Assembly (NCBI GenBank): GCA_964450845.1
Contig: CAYVGZ010000026.1
Coordinates: 1-17,894 of the forward strand
Source of the DNA: an uncultured Candidatus Bathyarchaeia archaeon
Lineage (GTDB): Archaea > Thermoproteota > Bathyarchaeia > Bathyarchaeales > Bathycorpusculaceae
Reading direction: 5' to 3'
DNA: 17,894 bases
Shown here: positions 7,691 to 15,233 of the stretch, in pieces
How positions within the stretch are numbered: position 1 is the stretch's first letter
Layout: each line of letters starts with the position of its first letter
Program-made: the position numbers and the translations under genes
Notes under the pieces: model-generated
Seen by the model: only the letters and a program-made list of their open reading frames with translations
Told to the model about the DNA's origin: nothing
The model's database searches: none

Positions 7691-8596
7691 TTGAATTTAA
7701 AGGGTGTTCATTTTCTCCTGACATATAGATGCGATTTAGAATGTGATCATTGCTTTGTTTGGGGAAGCCCTAAAGGAAAAGGCACGTTTAGTCTTAAGCA
7801 GATAAGGAATATCTTGACAGAAGCCAAAAAGTTGGGAATGGTAAATTTTGTTGCAATAGAAGGCGGAGAACCTTTTCTATACTATCCAATCATGCTTAAG
7901 ACCCTTCAAGAAGCGGTGAAACTTGGTTTTCACGTGGAAATTCTTTCAAACTGTTATTGGGCAACTTGCCCAGAAGACGCCGTAGAATGGCTTCTTCCCA
8001 TAGCCGAAGCCAAAGATGTTGAGCTAAGCTTAAGCAGTGACCTTTATCATGGAGAAAACTGGGAAACTGAAGAGGTAAGAAACGCTGCAAAGGCTGCAAA
8101 GCTTCTAAACATCAAAGCTGGCGTAATATCTGTCAAATATCCAAACAGTGAAGCGTCTAGTATTAAGGAGATTGAGGGAGCAAACGTCAGTTCATGGGAT
8201 TTAATGTACAAGGGAAGAGCATTCTCAAAATTGACCGAGAAAGCAGGCAAAAAGCCTTGGCGGGAGTTTACAAGATGTCCTTACGAAGACTTCGTGAATC
8301 AGAATCGAGTACACATTGATCCCTTTGGGCATGTTCACGTTTGCCAAGGCATCTCAATCGGCAACGCTTGGCAGAAGCCTTTTTCAAAAATAATTGAAGA
8401 ATATAATCCATATCAGAATCCTATTCTTGAAGCTTTAGTTCGTGGTGGTCCAGTGGCTTTAGTTGAAAAGTTTAGCCTGTCCCATGATGAGGTTTATGCT
8501 GATGCTTGTCACTTATGTTCTGCTGCACGCTGCATGCTACGAGATAAATTTCCAGAAATCCTTGTTCCAGACCAAATGTACGGAGAATTCGAATAA
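7691..8596 (+). CDS. Radical SAM enzyme with C-terminal Cys-rich (twitch/SPASM-like) region
   Basis: CxxxCxxC motif (CDLECDHC), GGEPF, and C-terminal CPYED...HIDPFGHVHVCQG...GN and ACHLC. Start refined to TTG 7691 behind GGTG. Confidence 0.9.
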   Translation: MNLKGVHFLLTYRCDLECDHCFVWGSPKGKGTFSLKQIRNILTEAKKLGMVNFVAIEGGEPFLYYPIMLKTLQEAVKLGFHVEILSNCYWATCPEDAVEWLLPIAEAKDVELSLSSDLYHGENWETEEVRNAAKAAKLLNIKAGVISVKYPNSEASSIKEIEGANVSSWDLMYKGRAFSKLTEKAGKKPWREFTRCPYEDFVNQNRVHIDPFGHVHVCQGISIGNAWQKPFSKIIEEYNPYQNPILEALVRGGPVALVEKFSLSHDEVYADACHLCSAARCMLRDKFPEILVPDQMYGEFE

Positions 8597-8613
8597 CAAC
8601 AGGAGCCTAATGC

Positions 8614-9390
8614 TTACAGTTTCCCTTTTACCTGAAGATTGTGAAGAGCTCTATAATATGCTAATGCGCCTAATATGGCGAATGGGATACTTGTCAAAAT
8701 AAGAGTGCCAATAACATTCAGCTGAATAGGATTGCCTTTGAAAGCAAATTCGCGGAGAGCTTCTGCTGCGACGCTGAGCGGATTTACTGATGCAACTTTT
8801 ACTAAAAATGAGGGAAGATATTGCGCTAAAACTTGTTGCGGATAATAAACTGTGCTGAAGGTCAACAAGGATACTTGTATTATTTGTTGGTATGCAAAGA
8901 AAAATTCTCCATGAGTAGACGCTGATGCAGCGAGCGCAGCGGCGATACCTGCAAGACCCATGGCAAGTATGAAAAGAAAAGGCAACAAAATTAGAGCATT
9001 CAAAACAGCAGGAGCTGGAAGAACGATAAGCGCAACTAGCAGCAGAGAACTGGAATACACCATGGCTGAAAGGCTTCCAGCAATCAGGTAAGCAGCAACT
9101 AGACCCCTATTGCTGATTGGCAAAGAAAGATAATATTGCGTCACGCCTTCCCGAAGGGCTAGCCATATTCGTCTACCTGTGTCCATGGAACCCATAAAAA
9201 GTCCCATAACCACAACCGCTGGGGCAAAGAACTGAAAATAATCAAAACTCATCAATCCATTGTAGACTAAGCCTATCACGAGCATGTCGGAAATGTTTAA
9301 ACTTAAAAGAACTGCCATAAGCCATTTAGTTCGGAAAAAGTAGGAAAAATCTGTGCGTGCTATCTGCAAAATGCGTAGTAATTCTGTCAT
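8614..9390 (-). CDS. ABC-2 type exporter permease
   Basis: About six TM segments, QFFAPAVVVM, FSTVYYP and VNPLSVAAEALR. ATGA overlap with the upstream permease. Confidence 0.85.
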   Translation of the reverse strand: MTELLRILQIARTDFSYFFRTKWLMAVLLSLNISDMLVIGLVYNGLMSFDYFQFFAPAVVVMGLFMGSMDTGRRIWLALREGVTQYYLSLPISNRGLVAAYLIAGSLSAMVYSSSLLLVALIVLPAPAVLNALILLPFLFILAMGLAGIAAALAASASTHGEFFFAYQQIIQVSLLTFSTVYYPQQVLAQYLPSFLVKVASVNPLSVAAEALREFAFKGNPIQLNVIGTLILTSIPFAILGALAYYRALHNLQVKGKL

Positions 9391-10148
9391 CCGCTTTTCA
9401 CACCTTCCACAAGTCGTTGAAGCAGAAAAGTGCCAAGCCCAAGTGTACCAACAGCTAAAGCTGTCAGAACAGCCACAGCAATGCGAGGGTCAACAAGTAT
9501 GCCGGGGTCAAATCCGAGAAGGAAACGAACTAAGTCGGACCCATAAGTTAGTGGACTAAAAATGGCAACGTTAGCATAAGATGTTGGCAGAAAAATGAAG
9601 GGATAGAATACGGTGCTGAAGCGAATGATAAGCGTGCTTAATGCTGTTACGATAGCAGTGTATATGTCTGCTGAACGGAAGGCTATGAACGACAATGCAA
9701 GCATAAGTCCTGAAACGCCGAAACCTAGCCAGAAAAGTGTAGCCACAGCCGATGTTATAGACAATGCTGTGAGGTTTCCTATAATTGACAACGTTACGAA
9801 TAGTGGAATAGCCAAAAGCAAAGCTAACTCAACCCCGCCTTGAAGAGCCACAGATAGGTAAAGCTTCCAGCGTGGAATCGGCAAGCTAAGGAGGTAGGGC
9901 AATCTTCCTTCATGTGCATGTTCTACGAAGTGTCGTCCAGTGTGGGAGCCTATATCAAAGGTCATCATAATCACAAAGCCTATGGCATAGAACTGAAGAT
10001 AATCATCCATTTTAGTGACGAGTCTAGACATTAGTGCTCCGTACATACCTAACTGAACAGCAAAAACAATCCATTCCACTGCTATCCACACTGGCGGATT
10101 AAGCTCTTGCTTTAAATCGAACCATATGAGTCGAATTATGCTATTCAA
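9387..10148 (-). CDS. ABC-2 type exporter permease
   Basis: Multi-TM protein with YLLSLPIPR, FSTVFYP and SPLTYGSDLVR. True start is probably TTG 10148, overlapping the ATPase stop (TTGA); the ORF track start at 10277 lies inside the ATPase. Confidence 0.85.
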   Translation of the reverse strand: MNSIIRLIWFDLKQELNPPVWIAVEWIVFAVQLGMYGALMSRLVTKMDDYLQFYAIGFVIMMTFDIGSHTGRHFVEHAHEGRLPYLLSLPIPRWKLYLSVALQGGVELALLLAIPLFVTLSIIGNLTALSITSAVATLFWLGFGVSGLMLALSFIAFRSADIYTAIVTALSTLIIRFSTVFYPFIFLPTSYANVAIFSPLTYGSDLVRFLLGFDPGILVDPRIAVAVLTALAVGTLGLGTFLLQRLVEGVKSG

Positions 10149-11095
10149 TTGATTGTGGCTCCTAAAACTCGTCCTGTGAAGTGTAGAAATACGTCGTCTA
10201 GGGATGGTTCTGTTACCCTCACAGAAAGAACACGTATGTTCTTTTGATAGCAGAGGTTCGTCATTTTGGGCACCCAAGCCTCAGCCATTGAAACATAAGC
10301 GCGCAACTGGTTCTCGTTTGAAGCAATCACACGGAAAGTCCCTTCAATTTTGCTTAGCTCTTCAATTATGTTATTATTTTTAGGTGCCTCAACTTCCAGC
10401 TCCACTATGTCCCCGCCTGCAATGCTGTCCTTTAGGCGCTGGACAGTTTGACAAACTACACTTTGCCCTTGATCCAAAATTGTTATTCGATCAGCTAAAT
10501 ATTCTGCTTCACGCACTTCATTGGTGGCTACAAGAACCGTTGAACCGTCGTCTCTTAACTTGCGTATGTGATCCCAAATAATGCGTTTACCTCGAAGATC
10601 CACTTGGCTGCTGGGTTCATCAAAAATTGCCAAACGAGGACGCTGAATTAAAACTTTAGCGACTTCTAATCGTTTAGCTTGACCACCTGAAAGATGCATA
10701 AAAAGTTTCCCACGAGCATCCCAAAGCTCTAAATCTTTCAATATCTGCTCTATCAAAGCTTCCCGCTTAGCCTTTGGAACGCCGCAAACAGTGGCATGGA
10801 AACGCAATATTTCCATAGGCTTGTGCCGCCAGAAGCCGCGAGCTCCCTGAAATGCTATGCCTAGTATTTGGCGAACTTGTGTTGACTGTTTAACAACATC
10901 AAAGCCCATTACGCTGGCAGTTCCTGATGTTGGTTTAAGAACTGTGGCGAGGATTAGAAGAAGAGTGGTTTTTCCAGATCCATTGGGACCTAGTAGAACC
11001 ATTATTTCGCCTTCGTTTAGAGTGAAGTCTAAGCCTTTAAGCGCTTTCGTCTTGCCATACAGTTTTGTTAGGTCTTTTGTTTCAATGGCAACCAA
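10145..11095 (-). CDS. ABC exporter ATP-binding subunit (DrrA/NodI-like, with C-terminal extension)
   Basis: Walker A GPNGSGKTT, Q-loop IAFQ, signature LSGGQ, Walker B AIFDEPS and C-terminal EPSLDDVFLHFTG. The switch position reads ATNE rather than the usual TTH. Confidence 0.93.
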   Translation of the reverse strand: MVAIETKDLTKLYGKTKALKGLDFTLNEGEIMVLLGPNGSGKTTLLLILATVLKPTSGTASVMGFDVVKQSTQVRQILGIAFQGARGFWRHKPMEILRFHATVCGVPKAKREALIEQILKDLELWDARGKLFMHLSGGQAKRLEVAKVLIQRPRLAIFDEPSSQVDLRGKRIIWDHIRKLRDDGSTVLVATNEVREAEYLADRITILDQGQSVVCQTVQRLKDSIAGGDIVELEVEAPKNNNIIEELSKIEGTFRVIASNENQLRAYVSMAEAWVPKMTNLCYQKNIRVLSVRVTEPSLDDVFLHFTGRVLGATIN

Positions 11096-11173
11096 TTGTA
11101 AGGGTTCTCCTAAGCGATTTTGGTTTTTCCAGTAGAATAGCGCATCTCCTATATTAAAGTCGTGCGACGGATG

Positions 11174-11189
11174 TGGAGAAGTTATAAAT
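11174..11189 (+). promoter_or_regulatory. Putative BRE/TATA promoter of the HDIG gene, back-to-back with the ABC operon promoter
   Basis: GGAGAAG-TTATAAAT on the + strand. On the - strand, TTTAATAT at 11158-11151 is a plausible TATA for the ABC operon. Confidence 0.55.
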
Positions 11190-11225
11190 TATGGCTTTTC
11201 TACATTAAGGATTCAAGGTGATATT

Positions 11226-11780
11226 ATGCTATCCAGAGACGAAGCCATAAGCTTAGTTAAGAAGAATGTTGCAAAAAGGAATGTTGTTTATCATATGCTT
11301 GCCGTTGAAGCCATAATGCGAAGCGTGGCAAAACATTTTGGAGAAGACGAAGACAAATGGGGTTTAGTCGGCATGCTTCATGATGTTGATTATGAGAAAA
11401 CTGAGGCGACGCCTGAAAAGCACAGTCTTTTGGCTGAAGAAATTTTGAAGGGATTTGTGCCTGATGAGCTTATAAGAGCCATAAAAACCCACAATTTCAA
11501 ATATACGGGCGTGATGCCTGAAACTCGTATGGAGAAGGCGCTGATTGCTTCTGATGCGATTTCTGGTTTGCTGGTGGCGTGCGCTTTGGTTATGCCTTCT
11601 AAAAAGTTGGTAGACGTGAAAGTTGAAACTGTCGCCAAGAAGTTTAAGGATAAGGATTTTGCAAGAGGAGCTGAGAGAGAAAGAATCATTGTTTGCGAAG
11701 AAATCGGAATTCCGAGGGAGAAGTTCTTTGAAATTGCTCTAAACGGACTGAAAAGCGTTGCAACAGAAATAGGTTTATGA
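11226..11780 (+). CDS. HDIG domain HD-superfamily metal-dependent hydrolase
   Basis: YHMLAVEAIM, GMLHDVDYE, EKHS, IKTHN, ALIASDAISGL and KFKDKDFARG. GGTGA RBS upstream. Confidence 0.9.
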   Translation: MLSRDEAISLVKKNVAKRNVVYHMLAVEAIMRSVAKHFGEDEDKWGLVGMLHDVDYEKTEATPEKHSLLAEEILKGFVPDELIRAIKTHNFKYTGVMPETRMEKALIASDAISGLLVACALVMPSKKLVDVKVETVAKKFKDKDFARGAERERIIVCEEIGIPREKFFEIALNGLKSVATEIGL

Positions 11781-11846
11781 GTTCGAGTGTCTACATAAAA
11801 TTCTTAAATTCCTTTCAAACACACATCAATCAGAAGTGATTTTAAA

Positions 11847-12344
11847 ATGAGCCTACTTGTTAACGTTTCTGAAGAAGAAGCTTTTCGTTTACTAATGGAC
11901 TATTTCACGTCAAAACATATGAAAATAATAGCTTCAAGCTCCCCTTCTTACATTAGAGCAGAGTTTGGTTCATGGACTTCGATGTCTCTTGATAATGCAA
12001 ATGGAGAGGTTGAAGCTGAAATAAAGGAAAGAAATGGCGGAACCTATACGCATCTTAATTTTAGCTTTTTAAAAGAATACCTGTTCGCTTTGATAGTCGC
12101 AATCTTTGGAACATTATTTTTGTGTGCAGTTATGTGGTGGAGAGCAACCAGAGACTTGCCGCGAATAAATCCCGCAGATGTAGGCAACTTTTTTCTCAAA
12201 ATAAATTTGATTACATTTGGGTTATCGGCGGTTATATTTGCTGTTGTAATCGGACTTGTCGGATACAGCACTTCGCTGACAAGAAAAAGGTTCATTGAAG
12301 AGTTTAACATATTTGTGCAATCGTTGCCTTCCAAAAAGGACTAG
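11847..12344 (+). CDS. Hypothetical membrane protein (soluble N-terminal alpha/beta region plus two TM helices)
   Basis: 165-aa ORF with an ATG start and its own TATA-like element. Two long hydrophobic segments: YLFALIVAIFGTLFLCAVMWW and LITFGLSAVIFAVVIGLVGY. Confidence 0.75.
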   Translation: MSLLVNVSEEEAFRLLMDYFTSKHMKIIASSSPSYIRAEFGSWTSMSLDNANGEVEAEIKERNGGTYTHLNFSFLKEYLFALIVAIFGTLFLCAVMWWRATRDLPRINPADVGNFFLKINLITFGLSAVIFAVVIGLVGYSTSLTRKRFIEEFNIFVQSLPSKKD

Positions 12345-12460
12345 TGCATATTCCACGGGTAGCCGTTAAACTGCTGCGTCTAAAGCTTTTAATCGCTTTT
12401 ATAGCGTCAACATCTATACTAAACTAGTTAAACGTGGAAAGATTAAGGTGTTGACAGTCC

Positions 12461-13465
12461 ATGTCAGAAACACTCAGAGAGATTGAACTTAAAAAGATTC
12501 GTCCAAGCAGACTTAACCCACGGTTAGAGATGAACATAGAGCGTCTTAATGAGCTTGCTACTAGCATACGAGAAGTTGGGTTACTAGAACCGATAATTGT
12601 GAGACCAGTAAATGGTGAATATGAGGTTGTTGTCGGTGAAAGACGATATAGGGCTTCACAGCAGGCTGGACTTGAAAAGGTTCCCGCAATAATAAGGGAG
12701 TACAGTGATGATGAAGTAGTTCAGTTGAACCTCATAGAAAACGTTCAAAGAGAAGAGCTTAACGCAATTGAAAAGGGAAACGTATGCAAATACCTGCTTA
12801 AGAATTGTCCAGAAAAGTATCCTTCCCAAAATGCAATAGCTAAGAAAATTGGCGTAGGCAGCAACGCTGTGTCTCTTTGGCTGCGAACGGTTGAAGTTGT
12901 TCCTCAAGAGGCTCAAAAATACGTTGCGCCTTCAACCATTTCTGGGCAGGTGCCGGAGGGCAAAATTGATTATCAGACAGCGGTTAAGGTTGGTCGTTCT
13001 GTTGAGGAGCCAGAGAAGAGAGTAAAGGTGATTAAGAAGCTTGCGGAAAAACGTCTTCCTGTTAAGGAGAGAACAGAAGTCATTAAGAAGGTGGCTCTTG
13101 AACCAGAAAAGCCTATAGAGGAGGTTTTTGAGGAAGTGGCTAAGGCTCCTTACGAAATGCGATTCACGGCTGACGACAAGAAGCTCTTACTTGAGGGCGT
13201 CAAAACTCAAACTTCAAGAAACGACATGCCCGACCCCAAAATCAAAGCTGGAGCAATCGTTCATGCAGCTATTTGGGAACCTCACATTGTAGACTTGCGA
13301 ATCATGTCTATCGAAAGGAAAAGGCTGAGATACTTTGACGAAGAGGATGCAAAGAGAGAAGGCGGCTACACTCTGAAGGAATTCATGAAAAAGTGGAAAG
13401 AGACTCACGGAGAATGGGATGAAAACCAACTTGTCTACGTAATACATTTCGAGAAGATAAAATAA
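12461..13465 (+). CDS. parB: ParB/RepB/Spo0J family protein fused to a C-terminal ASCH domain
   Basis: ParB N-domain: LATSIREVGLLEPIIVRP, VVGERRYRA, LIENVQREELN. HTH: SQNAIAKKIGVGSNAVSLWL. ASCH from about nt 13151: MRF...LLEGVKTQTSR, KAGAIV, DEEDAKREGG, VYVIHFE. Confidence 0.9.
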   Translation: MSETLREIELKKIRPSRLNPRLEMNIERLNELATSIREVGLLEPIIVRPVNGEYEVVVGERRYRASQQAGLEKVPAIIREYSDDEVVQLNLIENVQREELNAIEKGNVCKYLLKNCPEKYPSQNAIAKKIGVGSNAVSLWLRTVEVVPQEAQKYVAPSTISGQVPEGKIDYQTAVKVGRSVEEPEKRVKVIKKLAEKRLPVKERTEVIKKVALEPEKPIEEVFEEVAKAPYEMRFTADDKKLLLEGVKTQTSRNDMPDPKIKAGAIVHAAIWEPHIVDLRIMSIERKRLRYFDEEDAKREGGYTLKEFMKKWKETHGEWDENQLVYVIHFEKIK

Positions 13466-13490
13466 ATTTAAATGGAAAACTCTTGTTGCT

Positions 13491-14306
13491 TCATTCGCTG
13501 ATAGTCTTGTAATCCTCCTCGCTTTTGACGCCTATTCCAAGCTCGACGGCTCTGCGAATTTGTGGGTAGCTCCATGGATCAGCTGTTAGACTAGCGCCTT
13601 CGAAGTTTTCAATGACTTTTATTGCTTCGACATCCATGGCTATTCTGTCTCCAGAAGCCAGCACAACGTTTGGGTTTCGCAATTCGCCACATGCTGGTCC
13701 ACCCGAAATGAAGCATTTTCTTCCATCCATAACAATAAGGCTCGGATGCACAACCAAGTTTAAATCCGCAATTTTCTCTTCCAAATACCTAGCATGCAAC
13801 ATCATCCTTTCACTGGGCTTCATAAAACCCACAGCCAACTTTAGACTTAAAGTAAACTTTGCCCACCTGTGCGTTTTCATGCAACAAACACAAACAAGCT
13901 TCTTCGCTGCCAAAGCCCTTTCAGGCAGGCTCATTGTCCTAAGATACTTGCCGCCAGTGCCAACCTTAACCCACTTACCTTCGTCAAAATGCACAACCTC
14001 GGCTCCAGCCTCTTCTGCCTTCTGAAGCATGCCTGTCTCTTCCAAAACCTTGCGTGTAGAAAGCGAAAACATCGAAGACTCTCCTAGAATTACTTTGGAA
14101 GCGCCATGCTCATAAAGCAGTTCGATAACGGCTTTGACAAAATCTGGGTCACTCGAACCAGGCGGAGCATCAGCAGTGTTAAAATTAGGCTTTAACAAGA
14201 TTTCATCGCTCTTCTCAAAAGCTTTGCTGAATCCGCCAATTAAGTCAACAGCCTCTAAGATATTCGCTTTCATATTCTGCCCATTAGTAGCAACCTTGCT
14301 GACCAA
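13491..14306 (-). CDS. DUF362 domain-containing protein
   Basis: ILLKPN, SDPDFVKAVIELL, ILGESS, CCMKTH..AKFTLSLK.AVG, VMDG, GGP and ASGDRIAMD. No C-terminal ferredoxin domain. Start probably TTG 14306 (ORF track gives 14390). Confidence 0.85.
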   Translation of the reverse strand: MVSKVATNGQNMKANILEAVDLIGGFSKAFEKSDEILLKPNFNTADAPPGSSDPDFVKAVIELLYEHGASKVILGESSMFSLSTRKVLEETGMLQKAEEAGAEVVHFDEGKWVKVGTGGKYLRTMSLPERALAAKKLVCVCCMKTHRWAKFTLSLKLAVGFMKPSERMMLHARYLEEKIADLNLVVHPSLIVMDGRKCFISGGPACGELRNPNVVLASGDRIAMDVEAIKVIENFEGASLTADPWSYPQIRRAVELGIGVKSEEDYKTISE

Positions 14307-14500
14307 AATCTTACCGTTACGCCTAAACAGATTCTCTCTAACACAACCGATTCCAACTACAGCACTCATACAAACCACTAACCAATGCAAATGTCACGCG
14401 AAAATTTAGCTTTTACCAACATATATGGGGGATACTAAAAGTTAGAAACCTATTTGTGGAACCATTACGCAAGTAGTTTTCTGCTATGAGGGTAAGCTGA

Positions 14501-14986
14501 ATGGACAAGAAAAAGTATTCATACGGAATATGCGGCGTTTATTGTGGCCAATGCCCAAATGGAAATGGACGAGTAAAGATTATTGCTGGAGAGTTAAAGA
14601 GACTCGTCGATACAGTTCGCTATGACTGGCTCGAGTTCGCAGTTAAATCATTCAAGTTCTTCGAGTTTAGGAAAGGTTTAGAATGGTTTGCTGAAGCGCA
14701 ATGCCCCACGTGTCTGAACGGTGGCGGTGCACCTTGCGAAAACAGAAAATGCGCCGCCGAAAAGAAGCTTGAAAGCTGTCTTCTTTGTGATGATTACCTT
14801 TCCTGCAAACACACAGAGTATCAACGAGATTGGTATCCTTTCGTAGTCGACAATTACAAACGCGTTAAGCAAGTGGGCTTTGAGAAGCACCTTGAAGAAG
14901 AAGAGGAAAGAGTCAGAGCAGGCATAGATTTGATGGGTCATTTGGAAAGATGCTGCAAAGTGGTAAAACTAGAAGAACAACAATAA
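14501..14986 (+). CDS. DUF3795 domain-containing Cys-rich protein
   Basis: CGVYCGQCP, CPTC, C...KCAAEKKLESCLLCDDYLSC, which is the DUF3795 Cys pattern. Confidence 0.82.
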   Translation: MDKKKYSYGICGVYCGQCPNGNGRVKIIAGELKRLVDTVRYDWLEFAVKSFKFFEFRKGLEWFAEAQCPTCLNGGGAPCENRKCAAEKKLESCLLCDDYLSCKHTEYQRDWYPFVVDNYKRVKQVGFEKHLEEEEERVRAGIDLMGHLERCCKVVKLEEQQ

Positions 14987-15233
14987 GACCTTCACCCAAG
15001 CGGCCTGAAGCAGTCACAAAATGTGACCACAACACGTGCGTCGCTTTTTATATCCTATAAGCCATGATTCCCTTCTTGGAAGAAGTGAAAATGGAGTCCT
15101 TGTCAGAAGAAGAAGTAAACATCGCTCAAGCTCATAAACAAGTGACTGTGTACGTGGTCGGCGGGTTGGTCACTTTTTTCCAGAATAATAAAGTGAGGTG
15201 CCCAATCCTTTAATTACAAAAGGAGGAAAGAAC

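Noticed and set aside
7926-7941. GTTTTCACGTGGAAAT resembles bacterial parS (TGTTTCACGTGGAACA, 12/16). There is a similar 12/16 match near 11901-11916 and a half-site ACGTGGAAA at 12432-12440.
   Set aside because: Both 12/16 matches lie in coding sequence (the first is explained by the codons for G-F-H-V-E-I), and the outer TG/CA bases are missing. There is no reason an archaeal ParB would use the bacterial consensus, and the matches were found post hoc.
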